Translations under genes and position numbers: made by a program | Notes under the pieces: model-generated | Told to the model about the DNA's origin: nothing | The model's database searches: none | What the model saw: only the letters and a program-made list of their open reading frames with translations | NCBI GenBank assembly: GCA_030141605.1 | Contig: JAQGDQ010000216.1 | Span: 228,259 to 292,258 of the forward strand | DNA length: 64,000 nt | Source: Tubiluchus corallicola | Lineage: Eukaryota > Animalia > Priapulida | Direction: 5' to 3' | Shown: one piece after another, positions 49,082 to 60,109 of the stretch | Layout of the letters: each line of letters opens with the position of its first letter | Position numbering within the stretch: position 1 is the stretch's first letter

Positions 49082-51358
49082 ATGACATACGATATTGAGG
49101 TAATTCAGCGGATATATAGTGAGATGTCTCAAAAGGTTGATGCTGCGCGTAGTTTGCTGGGCAGGCCACTAACGTTGAGTGAAAAGATACTTTATTCACA
49201 TTTTCATGGCAACTGTCCCCGGAGTCCATTTGTGAGGGGTGAGTCATATGTAAATTTTATTCCAGATCGTGTTGCGATGCAGGATGCGACTGCCCAGATG
49301 GCTTTATTACAGTTTATGCAGGCAGGGAAGGCGCAGGTGTCTGTACCTTCTACTGTTCATTGTGACCATTTAATTTTGGCAAAAGATGGTGCTGAGAAGG
49401 ATTTATCATCAGCCAATGAATCCAATATGGAGGTTTATGATTTTTTGTCGTCTGTGTCAAAAAAATATGGGATAGGATTTTGGAAGCCTGGTGCAGGAAT
49501 TATCCACCAGGTTGTGTTTGAGAATTATGCTTTTCCGGGTGGGATGATGATTGGGACAGATTCGCACACTCCAAATGCGGGAGGGATGGGAATGGTAGCT
49601 ATTGGTGTTGGAGGAGCCGATGCGGTGGATGTAATGGTAGGGTTGCCGTGGGAGTTAAAGTTTCCTAAGCTGATAGGAGTGAGCTTATCCGGCAGGCTTA
49701 GTGGGTGGGCATCGCCGAAGGATGTTATATTAAAGGTGGCAGGGTTGTTATCTGTAAAAGGAGGTACCGGCTGTATAGTAGAGTACTTTGGTGAGGGTGC
49801 GGAGTCGATATCTGCAACAGGAAAAGGTACAATCTGTAACATGGGGGCTGAGATTGGCGCGACGACTTCTAATTTTCCTTATGATGAGAGTATGTATAGG
49901 TATCTTGAGTCTACAGGTAGGCGTGATATTGCAGAAATGGCAGAAAAAATCAAAGGGTGCCTGAGAGCGGATAAAGATGTTTATGATAATCCTGGGAAGT
50001 ATTATGATAAGGTTATTGAGATAGATTTATCGGAGCTTGAAGCTCATATAAATGGTCCGTTTACTCCCGACTTGGCAACACCTGTGTCTCAATTTGAGAA
50101 AACGGCGCGAGAGAATGGCTGGCCTCTAAAAATAGATGCAGGGCTTATTGGGTCTTGCACCAATTCATCTTATGAGGATATAGGCAGGGCTGCTTTTGTT
50201 GCGAAACAGGCAGTGGAAATGAAGCTTAAAGCTAAGGCACAGTTTACTATTACTCCCGGTTCGGAGCAGGTGAGATATACTGTTGAGCGGGATGGCTTTC
50301 TTAGTGCACTTACTGATATTGGAGGAACAGTGCTGGCGAATGCTTGTGGTCCATGTATAGGTCAGTGGAAGAGGCATAATGCAGAGAGCCTTCGGGAAAA
50401 TTCTATTATGACATCATTTAACCGGAACTTTTCGAAAAGAAATGATGGGAATCCAAATACGCACAGTTTTGTTGCTTCTCCTGAGATTGTAACTGCTTTT
50501 TCTATTGCAGGTACTTTATGCTTCAATCCTGTTACTGATTTTTTGGTGAATGAAGATGGAGAAAAGGTGAAGCTGGATGAGCCTCTTGCCAACAGTTTGC
50601 CAGAGAAAGGTTTCGAAGTAGAAGATAGCGGGTTTGTCCCACCTTCTAAGGTTTTGCAGGATACAAAAGTGGTTATAGATCCTAAGTCGGATAGGTTGCA
50701 GGTTTTGGAGCCTTTCAATGAGTGGGAAGGGAAAGATCTTACCGGCATGAGGGTGCTTATAAAAGCGAGGGGTAAGTGTACAACAGATCATATATCAATG
50801 GCCGGAGACTGGTTGAAGTTTAGAGGGCACCTTGATAACATATCGAATAATATGCTTATTGGTGCGATTAATGACTTCAATGCAAAAGCCAATTGTGTGA
50901 AGAATCAACTTACATCAGACTATGGAGAGGTACCTGCTGTAGCCAGAGCATATAAGAGTGCCGGAGTTGGGTCTGTGGTAGTAGGTGATGAAAACTATGG
51001 AGAGGGTTCGTCAAGAGAGCATGCTGCAATGGAGCCTCGACATCTGGGTGTCAGGGCTGTTATAGTACGCTCATTTGCACGTATTCATGAAACAAATTTG
51101 AAAAAGCAGGGAGTTTTGGCATTGGTTTTTAAAGATCCTGATGATTACCTAAAAGTTCTTGAAGATGATATAGTTGACATCATAGGCCTTGAAAAGTTCA
51201 CCCCAACTGCTTCTTTGTATATGAAGCTGGTTCATGAAGATGGGACTATTGATAAGTTTGAGGTGCTACATACTTATAATCAAGCTCAGGTAGAGTGGTT
51301 TAAGGCTGGCTCATGCCTTAATTTTATAAAGAGAGAGCAAGTAGATTGCAGGCTTTAG
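49082..51358 (+). CDS. acnA: Aconitate hydratase (mitochondrial-type)
   Basis: [46 protein letters not shown]. Confidence 0.96.
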   Translation: MTYDIEVIQRIYSEMSQKVDAARSLLGRPLTLSEKILYSHFHGNCPRSPFVRGESYVNFIPDRVAMQDATAQMALLQFMQAGKAQVSVPSTVHCDHLILAKDGAEKDLSSANESNMEVYDFLSSVSKKYGIGFWKPGAGIIHQVVFENYAFPGGMMIGTDSHTPNAGGMGMVAIGVGGADAVDVMVGLPWELKFPKLIGVSLSGRLSGWASPKDVILKVAGLLSVKGGTGCIVEYFGEGAESISATGKGTICNMGAEIGATTSNFPYDESMYRYLESTGRRDIAEMAEKIKGCLRADKDVYDNPGKYYDKVIEIDLSELEAHINGPFTPDLATPVSQFEKTARENGWPLKIDAGLIGSCTNSSYEDIGRAAFVAKQAVEMKLKAKAQFTITPGSEQVRYTVERDGFLSALTDIGGTVLANACGPCIGQWKRHNAESLRENSIMTSFNRNFSKRNDGNPNTHSFVASPEIVTAFSIAGTLCFNPVTDFLVNEDGEKVKLDEPLANSLPEKGFEVEDSGFVPPSKVLQDTKVVIDPKSDRLQVLEPFNEWEGKDLTGMRVLIKARGKCTTDHISMAGDWLKFRGHLDNISNNMLIGAINDFNAKANCVKNQLTSDYGEVPAVARAYKSAGVGSVVVGDENYGEGSSREHAAMEPRHLGVRAVIVRSFARIHETNLKKQGVLALVFKDPDDYLKVLEDDIVDIIGLEKFTPTASLYMKLVHEDGTIDKFEVLHTYNQAQVEWFKAGSCLNFIKREQVDCRL

Positions 51359-51388
51359 AATCACTACAGAGCTGTTTAGGGGTAAAGT

Positions 51389-52300
51389 GTGATAATGTCA
51401 AATACTCTTATAGTTTTAACAGGCCCCACAGGAGTGGGAAAAACAGAGTTGAGTGTTAGAATAGCTTCTTATTTTAATACTGAGATTATTTCGTGCGATT
51501 CTAGGCAACTGTACAGAGAGATGAGAATAGGAACAGCTGTACCAAGTGATGATATTCTAAATTCTATACCGCATCATTTTATACAATATCTTCGGGTAAA
51601 AGAGGAGTACAATGCCGGGATGTTTGAGCTTGATGTCATTGCAAAACTCAACGTTCTTTTTAAGAGCTATAGGCAAGTTTTAATGACAGGAGGTTCGATG
51701 ATGTATATAGATGCTGTGTGTAAAGGTATTGACCTGCTTCCTGCAATAAGCCCGGAGCTTCGAAAGCAGCTTTTGTCTCTGTATGATGCTGAGGGCATAG
51801 AAGGGATAAGAATGCAACTCAGGCGCCTGGATCCTGATTATTATGAGGTTGTGGATCTTAGGAATCATAAGCGTATTTTACATGCCCTTGAGGTATGTTT
51901 TATGGCGGGGAAACCCTATTCTTCATTTCTTACAGGAAAAAAGAAGGAGCAGGATTTTGATATTGTTAAAGTATGCCTAAACCGTGATAGAGGTGAGTTG
52001 TATGAAAGGATTAATGAGAGAGTGGATAAAATGGTTGCAGATGGTTTGGTAGATGAAGTTAGGTTGTTAATGCCGTTTAAGGGGTTACAGGCGTTGAATA
52101 GTGTAGGTTACAGGGAGATATTTTCATATTTTGAAGGAGAGATATCACTTGATGAGGCTATAGAAAAGATTAAAGCAAATTCCAGGAAGTATGCTAGAAA
52201 GCAGCTTACCTGGTTAAAACGGGATAAAGAGTACAAATGGTTTCACCCCAATGATTTCAATGATATAATATCTTTTATTGAGCAAAGTTGTGCCGACTAG
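51389..52300 (+). CDS. miaA: tRNA dimethylallyltransferase
   Basis: GPTGVGKT, DSRQLY, GGSMMY, YARKQLTW. Confidence 0.96.
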   Translation: MIMSNTLIVLTGPTGVGKTELSVRIASYFNTEIISCDSRQLYREMRIGTAVPSDDILNSIPHHFIQYLRVKEEYNAGMFELDVIAKLNVLFKSYRQVLMTGGSMMYIDAVCKGIDLLPAISPELRKQLLSLYDAEGIEGIRMQLRRLDPDYYEVVDLRNHKRILHALEVCFMAGKPYSSFLTGKKKEQDFDIVKVCLNRDRGELYERINERVDKMVADGLVDEVRLLMPFKGLQALNSVGYREIFSYFEGEISLDEAIEKIKANSRKYARKQLTWLKRDKEYKWFHPNDFNDIISFIEQSCAD

Positions 52301-52328
52301 AGTAGGATTGAATGGTATGGGTAGTGAT

Positions 52329-52787
52329 TTAAAACAGGTGCGCTATTTTACTACACACCCTTTCAAGGAATGTTTTATCTGCGCTAGTGAATGGAGCAAG
52401 CAAGTGTGAGTCTATATCCAATTCTGCTACAAATCTATTATCTTTTATTATGGGGACAACTATCTCACTTTGCACGTTAATACTGCATGCAATATAGTTT
52501 TTTTCTTTGCTTACATCCTGTGCAATAATTGTCTGCTTGCTTTCTGCTACTTGCCCGCATATTCCTTTTCCAACAGGAATTACTGTATGTTCGGTAGGTT
52601 TGCCCCTGTATGCACCAAGTGTTAGCGATTTGCTTGCTGTATCCATTACATAGAATCCAACCCAGTCGTAGTGATAAATATTTTCTTTCAATATATCACA
52701 TATACTCTGCAGTGTCTCTTCTGCCGGGTTCTCTCTTTTCAGCAGTTTATAAAGCAGGTTGTTTACAGTAGAGAAGTCTGATTTCAT
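52329..52787 (-). CDS. GAF-domain protein (MsrC/YebR-like)
   Basis: WVGFY, G.GICG, SEIVVP, ELDIDS. Confidence 0.85.
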   Translation of the reverse strand: MKSDFSTVNNLLYKLLKRENPAEETLQSICDILKENIYHYDWVGFYVMDTASKSLTLGAYRGKPTEHTVIPVGKGICGQVAESKQTIIAQDVSKEKNYIACSINVQSEIVVPIIKDNRFVAELDIDSHLLAPFTSADKTFLERVCSKIAHLF

Positions 52788-52832
52788 TAGTTTGTATTCG
52801 ACAGATAAGATTTTTTAATATTCAGGTGGAAA

Positions 52833-53288
52833 CTATTTAATCACTATTTCATCGCTGTGCATTATTTTTTCACAGTATCTGCATTTAAATGACATTGAGT
52901 TGCCCTCTGCAATTACCTGAAACCGTGTTGTGATGTCTTCTTCATTGGTAATGCATTGTGGGTTAATGCATTTGACAATGTCTTTTATTTTTTCAGGAAC
53001 CTGCACCAGTCTTTTTTCTACCACTTTATAGTTTTTGATAGTGCTAAGTTTTGCATTGGGAGATACAAGGGCTATCTTATTGATTTCATCATCTTTAAAA
53101 AAGCGATTTGCAACTTTAATGATAGCTTTGTTTTTATATACTTTACTGTCAAGGTTGTTTCCGAATGTTATCATGTTGTTACATTCTTCTAGGTGCAATA
53201 TAGATATTACCTTGAATAGGGATGAGGGGAGAATATGATCTATTACTGTCCCATTTTTTATAGCACTTACCTTTAATTGTTGCTCCAT
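52833..53288 (-). CDS. pyrI: Aspartate carbamoyltransferase regulatory chain
   Basis: VSAIKNGTVIDHI; C.NP.CITN...CRYCE zinc site. Confidence 0.96.
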   Translation of the reverse strand: MEQQLKVSAIKNGTVIDHILPSSLFKVISILHLEECNNMITFGNNLDSKVYKNKAIIKVANRFFKDDEINKIALVSPNAKLSTIKNYKVVEKRLVQVPEKIKDIVKCINPQCITNEEDITTRFQVIAEGNSMSFKCRYCEKIMHSDEIVIK

Positions 53289-53315
53289 TGTTTTTTGTTT
53301 TTTATTTGCGAAGGG

Positions 53316-54221
53316 CTACATAAGTTTTAATAAGAAGGATATTATTGCCATTCTGGCATATATTCCGTTTGATGCCTGAGTGAAGTAATATGCTTTATCG
53401 CTGCTGTCCACATCTGTGCTTATTTCATTGACTCGCGGAAGCGGATGGAGTATTTTCAGGTTCTTTTTAGTATTGTTCAGCATTGCTTTATTGAGGACGT
53501 ATGTATTTTTTACTTTTTCATAGTCAACCGGGTCAGGGAAGCGCTCTTGTTGTACCCTTGTCATATACAGTATATCCGCTTTGTCTATTATATCTGTAAA
53601 TTCATTATGTTCGAAGTAACATATTTTTTTTGAGTCGAGGTATAGTTTGTACTCTTTGGGCATAGCAAGTTCTGGAGGTGCGATGAAATTAAAAATGGGG
53701 TTTTCGAATTCCGATATTGCCATTAGAAGGCTGTGCACTGTACGTCCATACTTTAGGTCTCCTACCAAAAAGAGGTTTATGTTGTCAAGAGTTTTCTGTG
53801 TTTTAATGATAGAGTACAGGTCGAGCAGCGTTTGTGTAGGGTGCTGGTTTGCACCATCCCCCGCGTTAATTATTGGAATATCTGATATTTCAGAAGCGTA
53901 GCGTGCGCTACCTTCCAGTGGGTGTCTCATAATAATGAGGTCAGCATACTTGTTTACCACTTTAATAGTGTCGTGCAGTGTTTCTCCTTTTGATACACTG
54001 GATGATGAAGAGTCAGAGAATCCAATTATTCTGCCTCCTAAGCGATTAATAGCTGTTTCGAAGCTTAGCCTTGTGCGTGTTGAGGGCTCAAAAAAGAGAG
54101 TGGCAATAACCTTTCCTTCCAGAAGGTTTTGGTTTGGATTTGATTCAAAGTCTGCCGCCAGCTCCATTATTCGCACATATTCGTCTTTTGTGAAGTCGGT
54201 AATTGAGATAAGATGTTTCAC
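53316..54221 (-). CDS. pyrB: Aspartate carbamoyltransferase catalytic chain
   Basis: [21 protein letters not shown]. Confidence 0.97.
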   Translation of the reverse strand: MKHLISITDFTKDEYVRIMELAADFESNPNQNLLEGKVIATLFFEPSTRTRLSFETAINRLGGRIIGFSDSSSSSVSKGETLHDTIKVVNKYADLIIMRHPLEGSARYASEISDIPIINAGDGANQHPTQTLLDLYSIIKTQKTLDNINLFLVGDLKYGRTVHSLLMAISEFENPIFNFIAPPELAMPKEYKLYLDSKKICYFEHNEFTDIIDKADILYMTRVQQERFPDPVDYEKVKNTYVLNKAMLNNTKKNLKILHPLPRVNEISTDVDSSDKAYYFTQASNGIYARMAIISFLLKLM

Positions 54222-54264
54222 TTTTTAAGTGTTAATTAAGTTTATATAAGTTTTGTGACATTTA

Positions 54265-54960
54265 TTAAGATAAACTATACAGGGCTATTGCAAGAGTCAT
54301 CTTTTTATTGATATTTTCATCAAAATCTTTATTTGTGAGCTGTCTGAAAGCTGTTGTTGTTTGAATCAAATTTTCTTGTTTCATGAAGGGTTCTATATAT
54401 GATTTATTGGTATTTATATTTAATAGTGCTTTGTTATTAATTTGCGGTGAGTTTTCTTTTCTTATTTCGATTTTCGATTTTTTGATTTTGGCAATTTCGC
54501 TGATAATTTTTTCTATACTCGATTTCTGTACTGCAAGTAGAGTGTAGCAGCTTATTCCTAAGGTTACCTCAACTTGTTTGAGCTTACGCTCTTTGATGAT
54601 ACACATTACACTGTTCATTGCAGAGTAGTCAAACTTAACTGTAATTAGGCTTTTAGTTCTGTATGTAGCGACAGAGGAGTTATTTAATGCGTTGGCAGCA
54701 GCGTTTTTGTATGCGCTGGTTAGCCCTCTTCTGCCTAGTAATGTTCCTCCAAAGTAATGTATTACTATTATTAAGACATTACATAGCTTTCTTGATTGTA
54801 TCTGACTTAGTATTGGCTTGCCTGCCGTTCTCTGTGGTTCCCTGCTATCGCTTATTTTATGTTTTTTATTATCAATACCAATAGACCATGCATAGCAGCA
54901 GTGCTTAGCGGAGTGATGTTCTTTTTTTATCCTGGTATAACCCATAAAATAAAAAGGACG
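54265..54960 (-). pseudogene. Degenerate YigZ/IMPACT-family gene
   Basis: A.H.CYAW, EP..TAGKPIL, YFGG.LLG..GL..AY retained; DDGEP changed to DSREP; N-terminus replaced by low-complexity sequence. Confidence 0.65.
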
Positions 54961-55250
54961 AAGAAATTGTATGATTCGCCTTATTTTCTTGCATATTTTG
55001 TTCAGTGGGCTGTAAATATATGATTTTTTTAATTTAAACATAGGTTTAGTGGTTATTTTTTTGCGTTGGTGGTTCGTTCTATAATTTTGAGTTGTTTGAT
55101 GAGTTTTTGTAGTTCTTTTTTGTTGTGTTGTGTGAGGGTTTTTTGTAGGGGCTTTTGTGTAGCACAAATTGGTTGAATTGTGTGTAGTTGCTTTGTGCTA
55201 GCCCGGGGGAATTAGTGTGTTGGTGGCTATGATGGGGGGACTCCCAGCCT

Positions 55251-55492
55251 GGTACTACGACTAACAGCTACTGGGATATAGCTAGCACAGGACAAAACAA
55301 TTTTTCTGGTGATGAGAAGGGTGTTTCCTCAGGAGAAAACTTGAAGAATGAGGGGAATGATTATATAGAATAAAGAAGCAGATGGCGATGGTACAACAAA
55401 GGTTTTCGTTAACTGGAATTTTGGCGACGATGATGATAATCCTTGGGGATGGTTGGATGGTAATTGGCCTATTTTTTTATTGGGTAGAATAA
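55251..55492 (+). pseudogene. Orphan 3' fragment of the GLUG lipoprotein family
   Basis: TNSYWDIASTGQ...GVSSGENLK.EG..YI then frameshift KEADGDGTTKVFVNWNFGDDDDNPW.W..GNWPI, matching C-termini of 32126 and 35115. Confidence 0.8.
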
Positions 55493-55719
55493 GAATTAGA
55501 GTTACAAGGAGCAAAGGAATTAGAACCGTGCTAGCAAGAAGTAGCACGGTTTTTTTCACATAAATTTTGTATGCTAATTATTAATAATGATAATGTAATA
55601 TCAATTGGCAGAAAATGATATATAGTGCTTACTGCGGTAGCATAAAAAAAGGGGTGAAAAGTCCCTTTTTTGCATTTTTGTGTCTGTATGGTTTATTTTG
55701 TTTGTTGAGGTTGTTATGC

Positions 55720-57111
55720 TCAGGATATTAGTTTTTGCCCTATTTCACTTAAACTGTATTGAAATTTTTTATCTATGTCTTTGAGATTGTTAACAGTTTT
55801 ATATGAGTGTAGTACAGTGGCGTGGTCTTTACCTCCTATAGCTGCTCCTATTGAGGAAAGAGATAATTTGGTTAGTTTTTTTGCAAAGTACATAGCTATT
55901 TGCCTTGCCTGAACAATTTCACGCTTTCTTACTTTTGATTGGAATTCGTTTTCCGATATGTTGTAATACTCACATACCGTTTCGCAAATAGAGTTGATCT
56001 GTACTTCACGTTTTGTGGTTTGTACCAGGTTGCTAACTACCTCTGAAGCATATTTTACCGTGTCTTCTCCGTCACCAAGTCTTATTCGTGCCAGCAGAGA
56101 GTTCAGGGCCCCTTCCAGCTCTCGTATGTTAGATGTAATTTCTGATGCTATATGTTCGAGTACCTCATCGGAGATAGTAACGCCACTATTCATTTTTCTC
56201 TGCAAAATTTTAACTCTGGTACTAAAATCGGGGATAGTCAGTTGTGCCGATAGCCCCCACTTGAACCTTGACAGTAGCCGTTCGTCCAAACCGACAAGTT
56301 CTTTAGGGGATCGATCAGAAGTTAAGACTAGCTGTTTATCTAACTGATGAAGATGGTTGAAGATATGGAAAAATGTTCTCTGTGTTTTTTCTTTGTTTGC
56401 AAAGTCTTGCGCATCGTCAACTATCAAGGCATCTGCCATTTGATAGAAATTGATAAAGCTATTTAGTTCGTTTTCGCGCACTGCGCTGGTATATTGATTT
56501 TGAAATTTGTTTGCACTAACATAGACCACAGCTTTTTCGGGAAACTTTTTCTTTATTTCCAAGCTAATCGCCTGAGCAAGATGAGTTTTTCCCAAGCCGG
56601 ATTTGCCATAAATAAATAATGGGTTATAGGTATTGACACCTGGTTCCTTAGCAATGGCGTCACCAGCACTTCGAGCTAATTTATTACATTGTCCCTCTAC
56701 AAAGTCATCGAATGTATTTTTACTATCAACCTGTGGGATAATGTTTACTTTTTTTATGTTGTATCCGACCTCAAATGGGTTTTTTGCTGTAGCATCCGAT
56801 TTTTTCTTTATTTGAGCTATGGATTGCCTTTTCCCTCTGCTTTCAGGCGTGTTGTTCCTATTCTTTAAGTAAGTATATTCAAGTTTTGCATCGCTGCCGA
56901 CTACTGCCTTTACTGCCTTACTGATGACTTCTATGTAGTTTTCTTCAAGATATTCGCAAAAAAACTTACTGGGGACACGAATGGTCAATACGTTACTACT
57001 CAATTTTAGAGGAACGATTGGTTTAAACCACGTATCAAAGCTGCTAGGAGCCACATATTGTTTTGTGATTCGCAAACAGTTCTCCCATATTTTTGCGTAA
57101 TCTTGGTTCAT
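55720..57111 (-). CDS. dnaA: Chromosomal replication initiator
   Basis: NPLFIYGKSGLGKTHL, RF.WGL, RELEGAL, GGKDHATVLH. Confidence 0.97.
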   Translation of the reverse strand: MNQDYAKIWENCLRITKQYVAPSSFDTWFKPIVPLKLSSNVLTIRVPSKFFCEYLEENYIEVISKAVKAVVGSDAKLEYTYLKNRNNTPESRGKRQSIAQIKKKSDATAKNPFEVGYNIKKVNIIPQVDSKNTFDDFVEGQCNKLARSAGDAIAKEPGVNTYNPLFIYGKSGLGKTHLAQAISLEIKKKFPEKAVVYVSANKFQNQYTSAVRENELNSFINFYQMADALIVDDAQDFANKEKTQRTFFHIFNHLHQLDKQLVLTSDRSPKELVGLDERLLSRFKWGLSAQLTIPDFSTRVKILQRKMNSGVTISDEVLEHIASEITSNIRELEGALNSLLARIRLGDGEDTVKYASEVVSNLVQTTKREVQINSICETVCEYYNISENEFQSKVRKREIVQARQIAMYFAKKLTKLSLSSIGAAIGGKDHATVLHSYKTVNNLKDIDKKFQYSLSEIGQKLIS

Positions 57112-57393
57112 GATAATTATAAAAGTTTAAGGGTGAGATTTTACAAACATTAACCACTTTTCTGAAGCAAAGATGAGAAAAAAATATATAGAAAAAAAGC
57201 ACATTTTTTTTGTATTTTTCTATGAGATTCTATTTCAAAAAGTTAAAATTAAAGTTTTTTTTAATTTTTTCTATGTGATTGATTGATAAGGGTTTACGAG
57301 GATGTTTTTGAATTGATTTGTGCTACAGCTAATTATATCATAGACCAAAGTTCCTATTAATTTTAAGTGATAAATTGATAGTCTAATGGTAGT

Positions 57394-58641
57394 CTATTTT
57401 TCAGATATTCTTATTGCTTTTTTTAGCTTAATTTGTCTTCCTTTTTTAAATGCTATTATTGAGGCTTCAGGAAATGTTTCATGTGCCTCGGGGAGTAGTT
57501 TCATTATTTGTTCAAGTTTTTCCTCGTTTCCAGTGAGGTAATTGTAGGTAGCCCCAGATTTATATTCTTCTATATTTTCAAAGCCTTCAAAGATGGGGGA
57601 GTTTAATGGAACGGCCTCTTTTGTTGACATTATTAGTATTTTAAATGACACATTTTTGTTATTTGTGTGCTGTTTACTGTTATTTTTATCCTTTTTGTTA
57701 ATCAGAGATAGTTGTACATATCTTTTTGGATTTTCCTGGAAATCAACAATCAGGTGGTTTAGGTTTTTTGATGATATATTAAGGTTTTGGTATAGTTGCT
57801 TATCATTAATAAGCATCCCCAGCGTCCCTTCGGAGTTTTCGACTTTGGATACTGCCTGGTTAAGATTTTCAAGAGAGAGGCTTAAGTTTTTAGAGATATT
57901 TGTCAACTTTATTGAAGCGAGAGAGTCGCTAAAGTCAGAGATATTAGTAAAGGCATTATCTATTTTGTCGGTATTATTTTTTAACGTTTCTACAGTCACG
58001 CCCAGGTTTTTTATGGTAGTTGCTATATTGTATTCTTCGACTCCTGCTGTATTAATGTTACTTGTTATTGCTTTGAGGTTTGATGTTGTGGCACTTATGT
58101 TAGCAAAGCTGTTGCTTAGATATTCACGAGTATCTTCACTGAATATATGAGATATAATGTTGACGGCAGAATCCATTGATGCAAGCATGCGCTCTGCTTT
58201 TATTACTACAGGGGCTATCTGTTCACTAACCTGTGCTTTAAATCCTGCCATAAATCTAGCATTAATTGTATCTCCATGCTGAAGTAGCTCTTTTGAATTA
58301 CCAGGTATTAGCTCCATAATTCTGGTTCCCAGTATGTCTGAGCTCACTATTTCTGCTATTGAGTTTGCGGGTAATGGAAAGTCACTAGTCATAGCTACTT
58401 CTACGATTAAATCTCCTGAGTGATCCTCTGCAAAATATATGTTTTTCGCATAGCCAACTTTAAAGCCATTTAGTATAACGTCAGAGGATGGTTTTAGGCC
58501 TCCTATGTTACTGTATCTGGCTATGTATATATCTTCAGGATTAAACATATTTCTGCCTTTTAGGTAGTTCATTCCCCAAATAAAAATAGCCAGGGTAATA
58601 GCAGTAAGTATTCCAATTTTTGTTGCTTTTGATATTTTCAT
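57394..58641 (-). CDS. MlaD/MCE-family protein with C-terminal extension
   Basis: WG.NYLKG.N.F, GL..SS.V..NG.KVG, GTLG.LIND..LY, NPKRYV. Confidence 0.88.
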   Translation of the reverse strand: MKISKATKIGILTAITLAIFIWGMNYLKGRNMFNPEDIYIARYSNIGGLKPSSDVILNGFKVGYAKNIYFAEDHSGDLIVEVAMTSDFPLPANSIAEIVSSDILGTRIMELIPGNSKELLQHGDTINARFMAGFKAQVSEQIAPVVIKAERMLASMDSAVNIISHIFSEDTREYLSNSFANISATTSNLKAITSNINTAGVEEYNIATTIKNLGVTVETLKNNTDKIDNAFTNISDFSDSLASIKLTNISKNLSLSLENLNQAVSKVENSEGTLGMLINDKQLYQNLNISSKNLNHLIVDFQENPKRYVQLSLINKKDKNNSKQHTNNKNVSFKILIMSTKEAVPLNSPIFEGFENIEEYKSGATYNYLTGNEEKLEQIMKLLPEAHETFPEASIIAFKKGRQIKLKKAIRISEK

Positions 58642-58714
58642 GTGCTGTAGTATTCTTAATGTTTATTTTAATGCAAGAGTGAAAAGTCAAAGAAAATAAT
58701 CAAGATGATATGTT

Positions 58715-58833
58715 TTTAAAGCTCACTTTTTGTTAATATTCTCTTCAATATCCTCATTTATGCCAGTAAGCTGGGCTCTTCATCGAACTTTTTCTCAAAC
58801 TGAACAAAAGCCTTTCGCTCTGTGAAGGCCTCA
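58715..58833 (+). repeat. Degenerate dispersed repeat, copy C
   Basis: CCTCATTTATGCCAGTAAG...TTCATCGAACTTTTTCTCAAACTGAACAAAAGCCTTTCGCTCTGTGAAGGCCTC aligns with copies A and B. Confidence 0.55.
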
Positions 58834-58853
58834 ATATATAAGTTATTTCCAAT

Positions 58854-59945
58854 TTATTGTGTGGTTCTCATGTCGTTTATGTTAGCAGGTTTACCATCTT
58901 TAAAGGCGACAAGATATGCATCTTTATATTTCTCTTTTGCCTTTTCAAGGCTTAGGGAAGCTTCTTCAAGTGTTTTTGATACTCCATACAGGTATTTGTA
59001 TTTTTTTCCTGATTTTAAGCAGTATATATCGTGCAGCCCTTTAAAGTTTTCAGGTTTTGTTTCAACTTTTGAGTTAGAGACTGCTATCTGCACTGCAAAT
59101 ATGGCACCTTTATTAATATTTACAGATTTTTTCTTTAAATGTTTATTTGTTGATGGCTGAGAGGAGATGAAATCACTTTTGGCTTCAATTGCTTTTTTGT
59201 AGTCGCGAAAGGCTCTAAATATGGCAGATGCAATAACTGTTCTTCCTTTGCTAGTTTGCAAGTATTTTAGTTCGTTGTTGTTGCTCATATACCCGACTTC
59301 TACCAATACACTTGGCATAGCTATTTCTCTTAAAACCAGGAATCCGGCTTGTTTTACTCCAAGGTTTTTCCGTTTTGCCCGGCTGGCAAATTGCTCCTGA
59401 ATGGCAGAGGCAAAAGATAAGCTTTGATTAAGAAATTCATCCTGCATGAGCTCGAACATAATGTATGATTCGGAGCTGTTGGGATCGAAGCCTTCATATC
59501 GAGTTGTGTGATCTTCCTCCAGGAGTATTACTTTATTTTCTCTTTTCGCTACATTAAGGTTATCTTCAGTGCGGTGTAACCCCAATACATAGGTTTCAGT
59601 TCCGCTTATTGGGGATGCTCTATGGTGGTTGGCATGTATTGAGATAAAGAGGTCTGCTTCATTTTTATTTGCTACATAGGCACGATCCTTCAAGCGAACA
59701 AACCTGTCATTATCACGTGTGTATATAACCTCAACATCCGGTATGTTCTCAGAAATATATTTGCCGAGCTTAAGCGCAATGTCAAGCACAATATCTTTTT
59801 CACAAACTTTTCCGGCCACTGCTCCGGGATCTTTTCCCCCATGCCCGGCATCAATAACTACTTTTCTCAGTTTGTATGTTTCTCCATATGATTTGGAAGG
59901 AGAGGAGGCTATTATTATAAGTAACGATAGAGCTAAATACCTCAT
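58854..59945 (-). CDS. N-acetylmuramoyl-L-alanine amidase (Amidase_3, AmiA/C-like)
   Basis: VVIDAGHGGKDPGA, FISIHAN, PSVLVEVGY. Confidence 0.93.
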   Translation of the reverse strand: MRYLALSLLIIIASSPSKSYGETYKLRKVVIDAGHGGKDPGAVAGKVCEKDIVLDIALKLGKYISENIPDVEVIYTRDNDRFVRLKDRAYVANKNEADLFISIHANHHRASPISGTETYVLGLHRTEDNLNVAKRENKVILLEEDHTTRYEGFDPNSSESYIMFELMQDEFLNQSLSFASAIQEQFASRAKRKNLGVKQAGFLVLREIAMPSVLVEVGYMSNNNELKYLQTSKGRTVIASAIFRAFRDYKKAIEAKSDFISSQPSTNKHLKKKSVNINKGAIFAVQIAVSNSKVETKPENFKGLHDIYCLKSGKKYKYLYGVSKTLEEASLSLEKAKEKYKDAYLVAFKDGKPANINDMRTTQ

Positions 59946-60109
59946 AAGGCGTTGATAATGTTATTTATTGTTAATTTCATTTTGATTGCCAAGATTAATA
60001 ATTGCACTATAATTATGACATTACAAAAATATAAAGATTAAATTATTTTAATGAGTAACGGTCAACTCTGGAATGATTTTTTACTTTTGCATTACAAGTT
60101 AGTACATAG

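Noticed and set aside
57112-57393. oriC upstream of dnaA
   Set aside because: AT-rich, but no clear TTATCCACA box cluster seen
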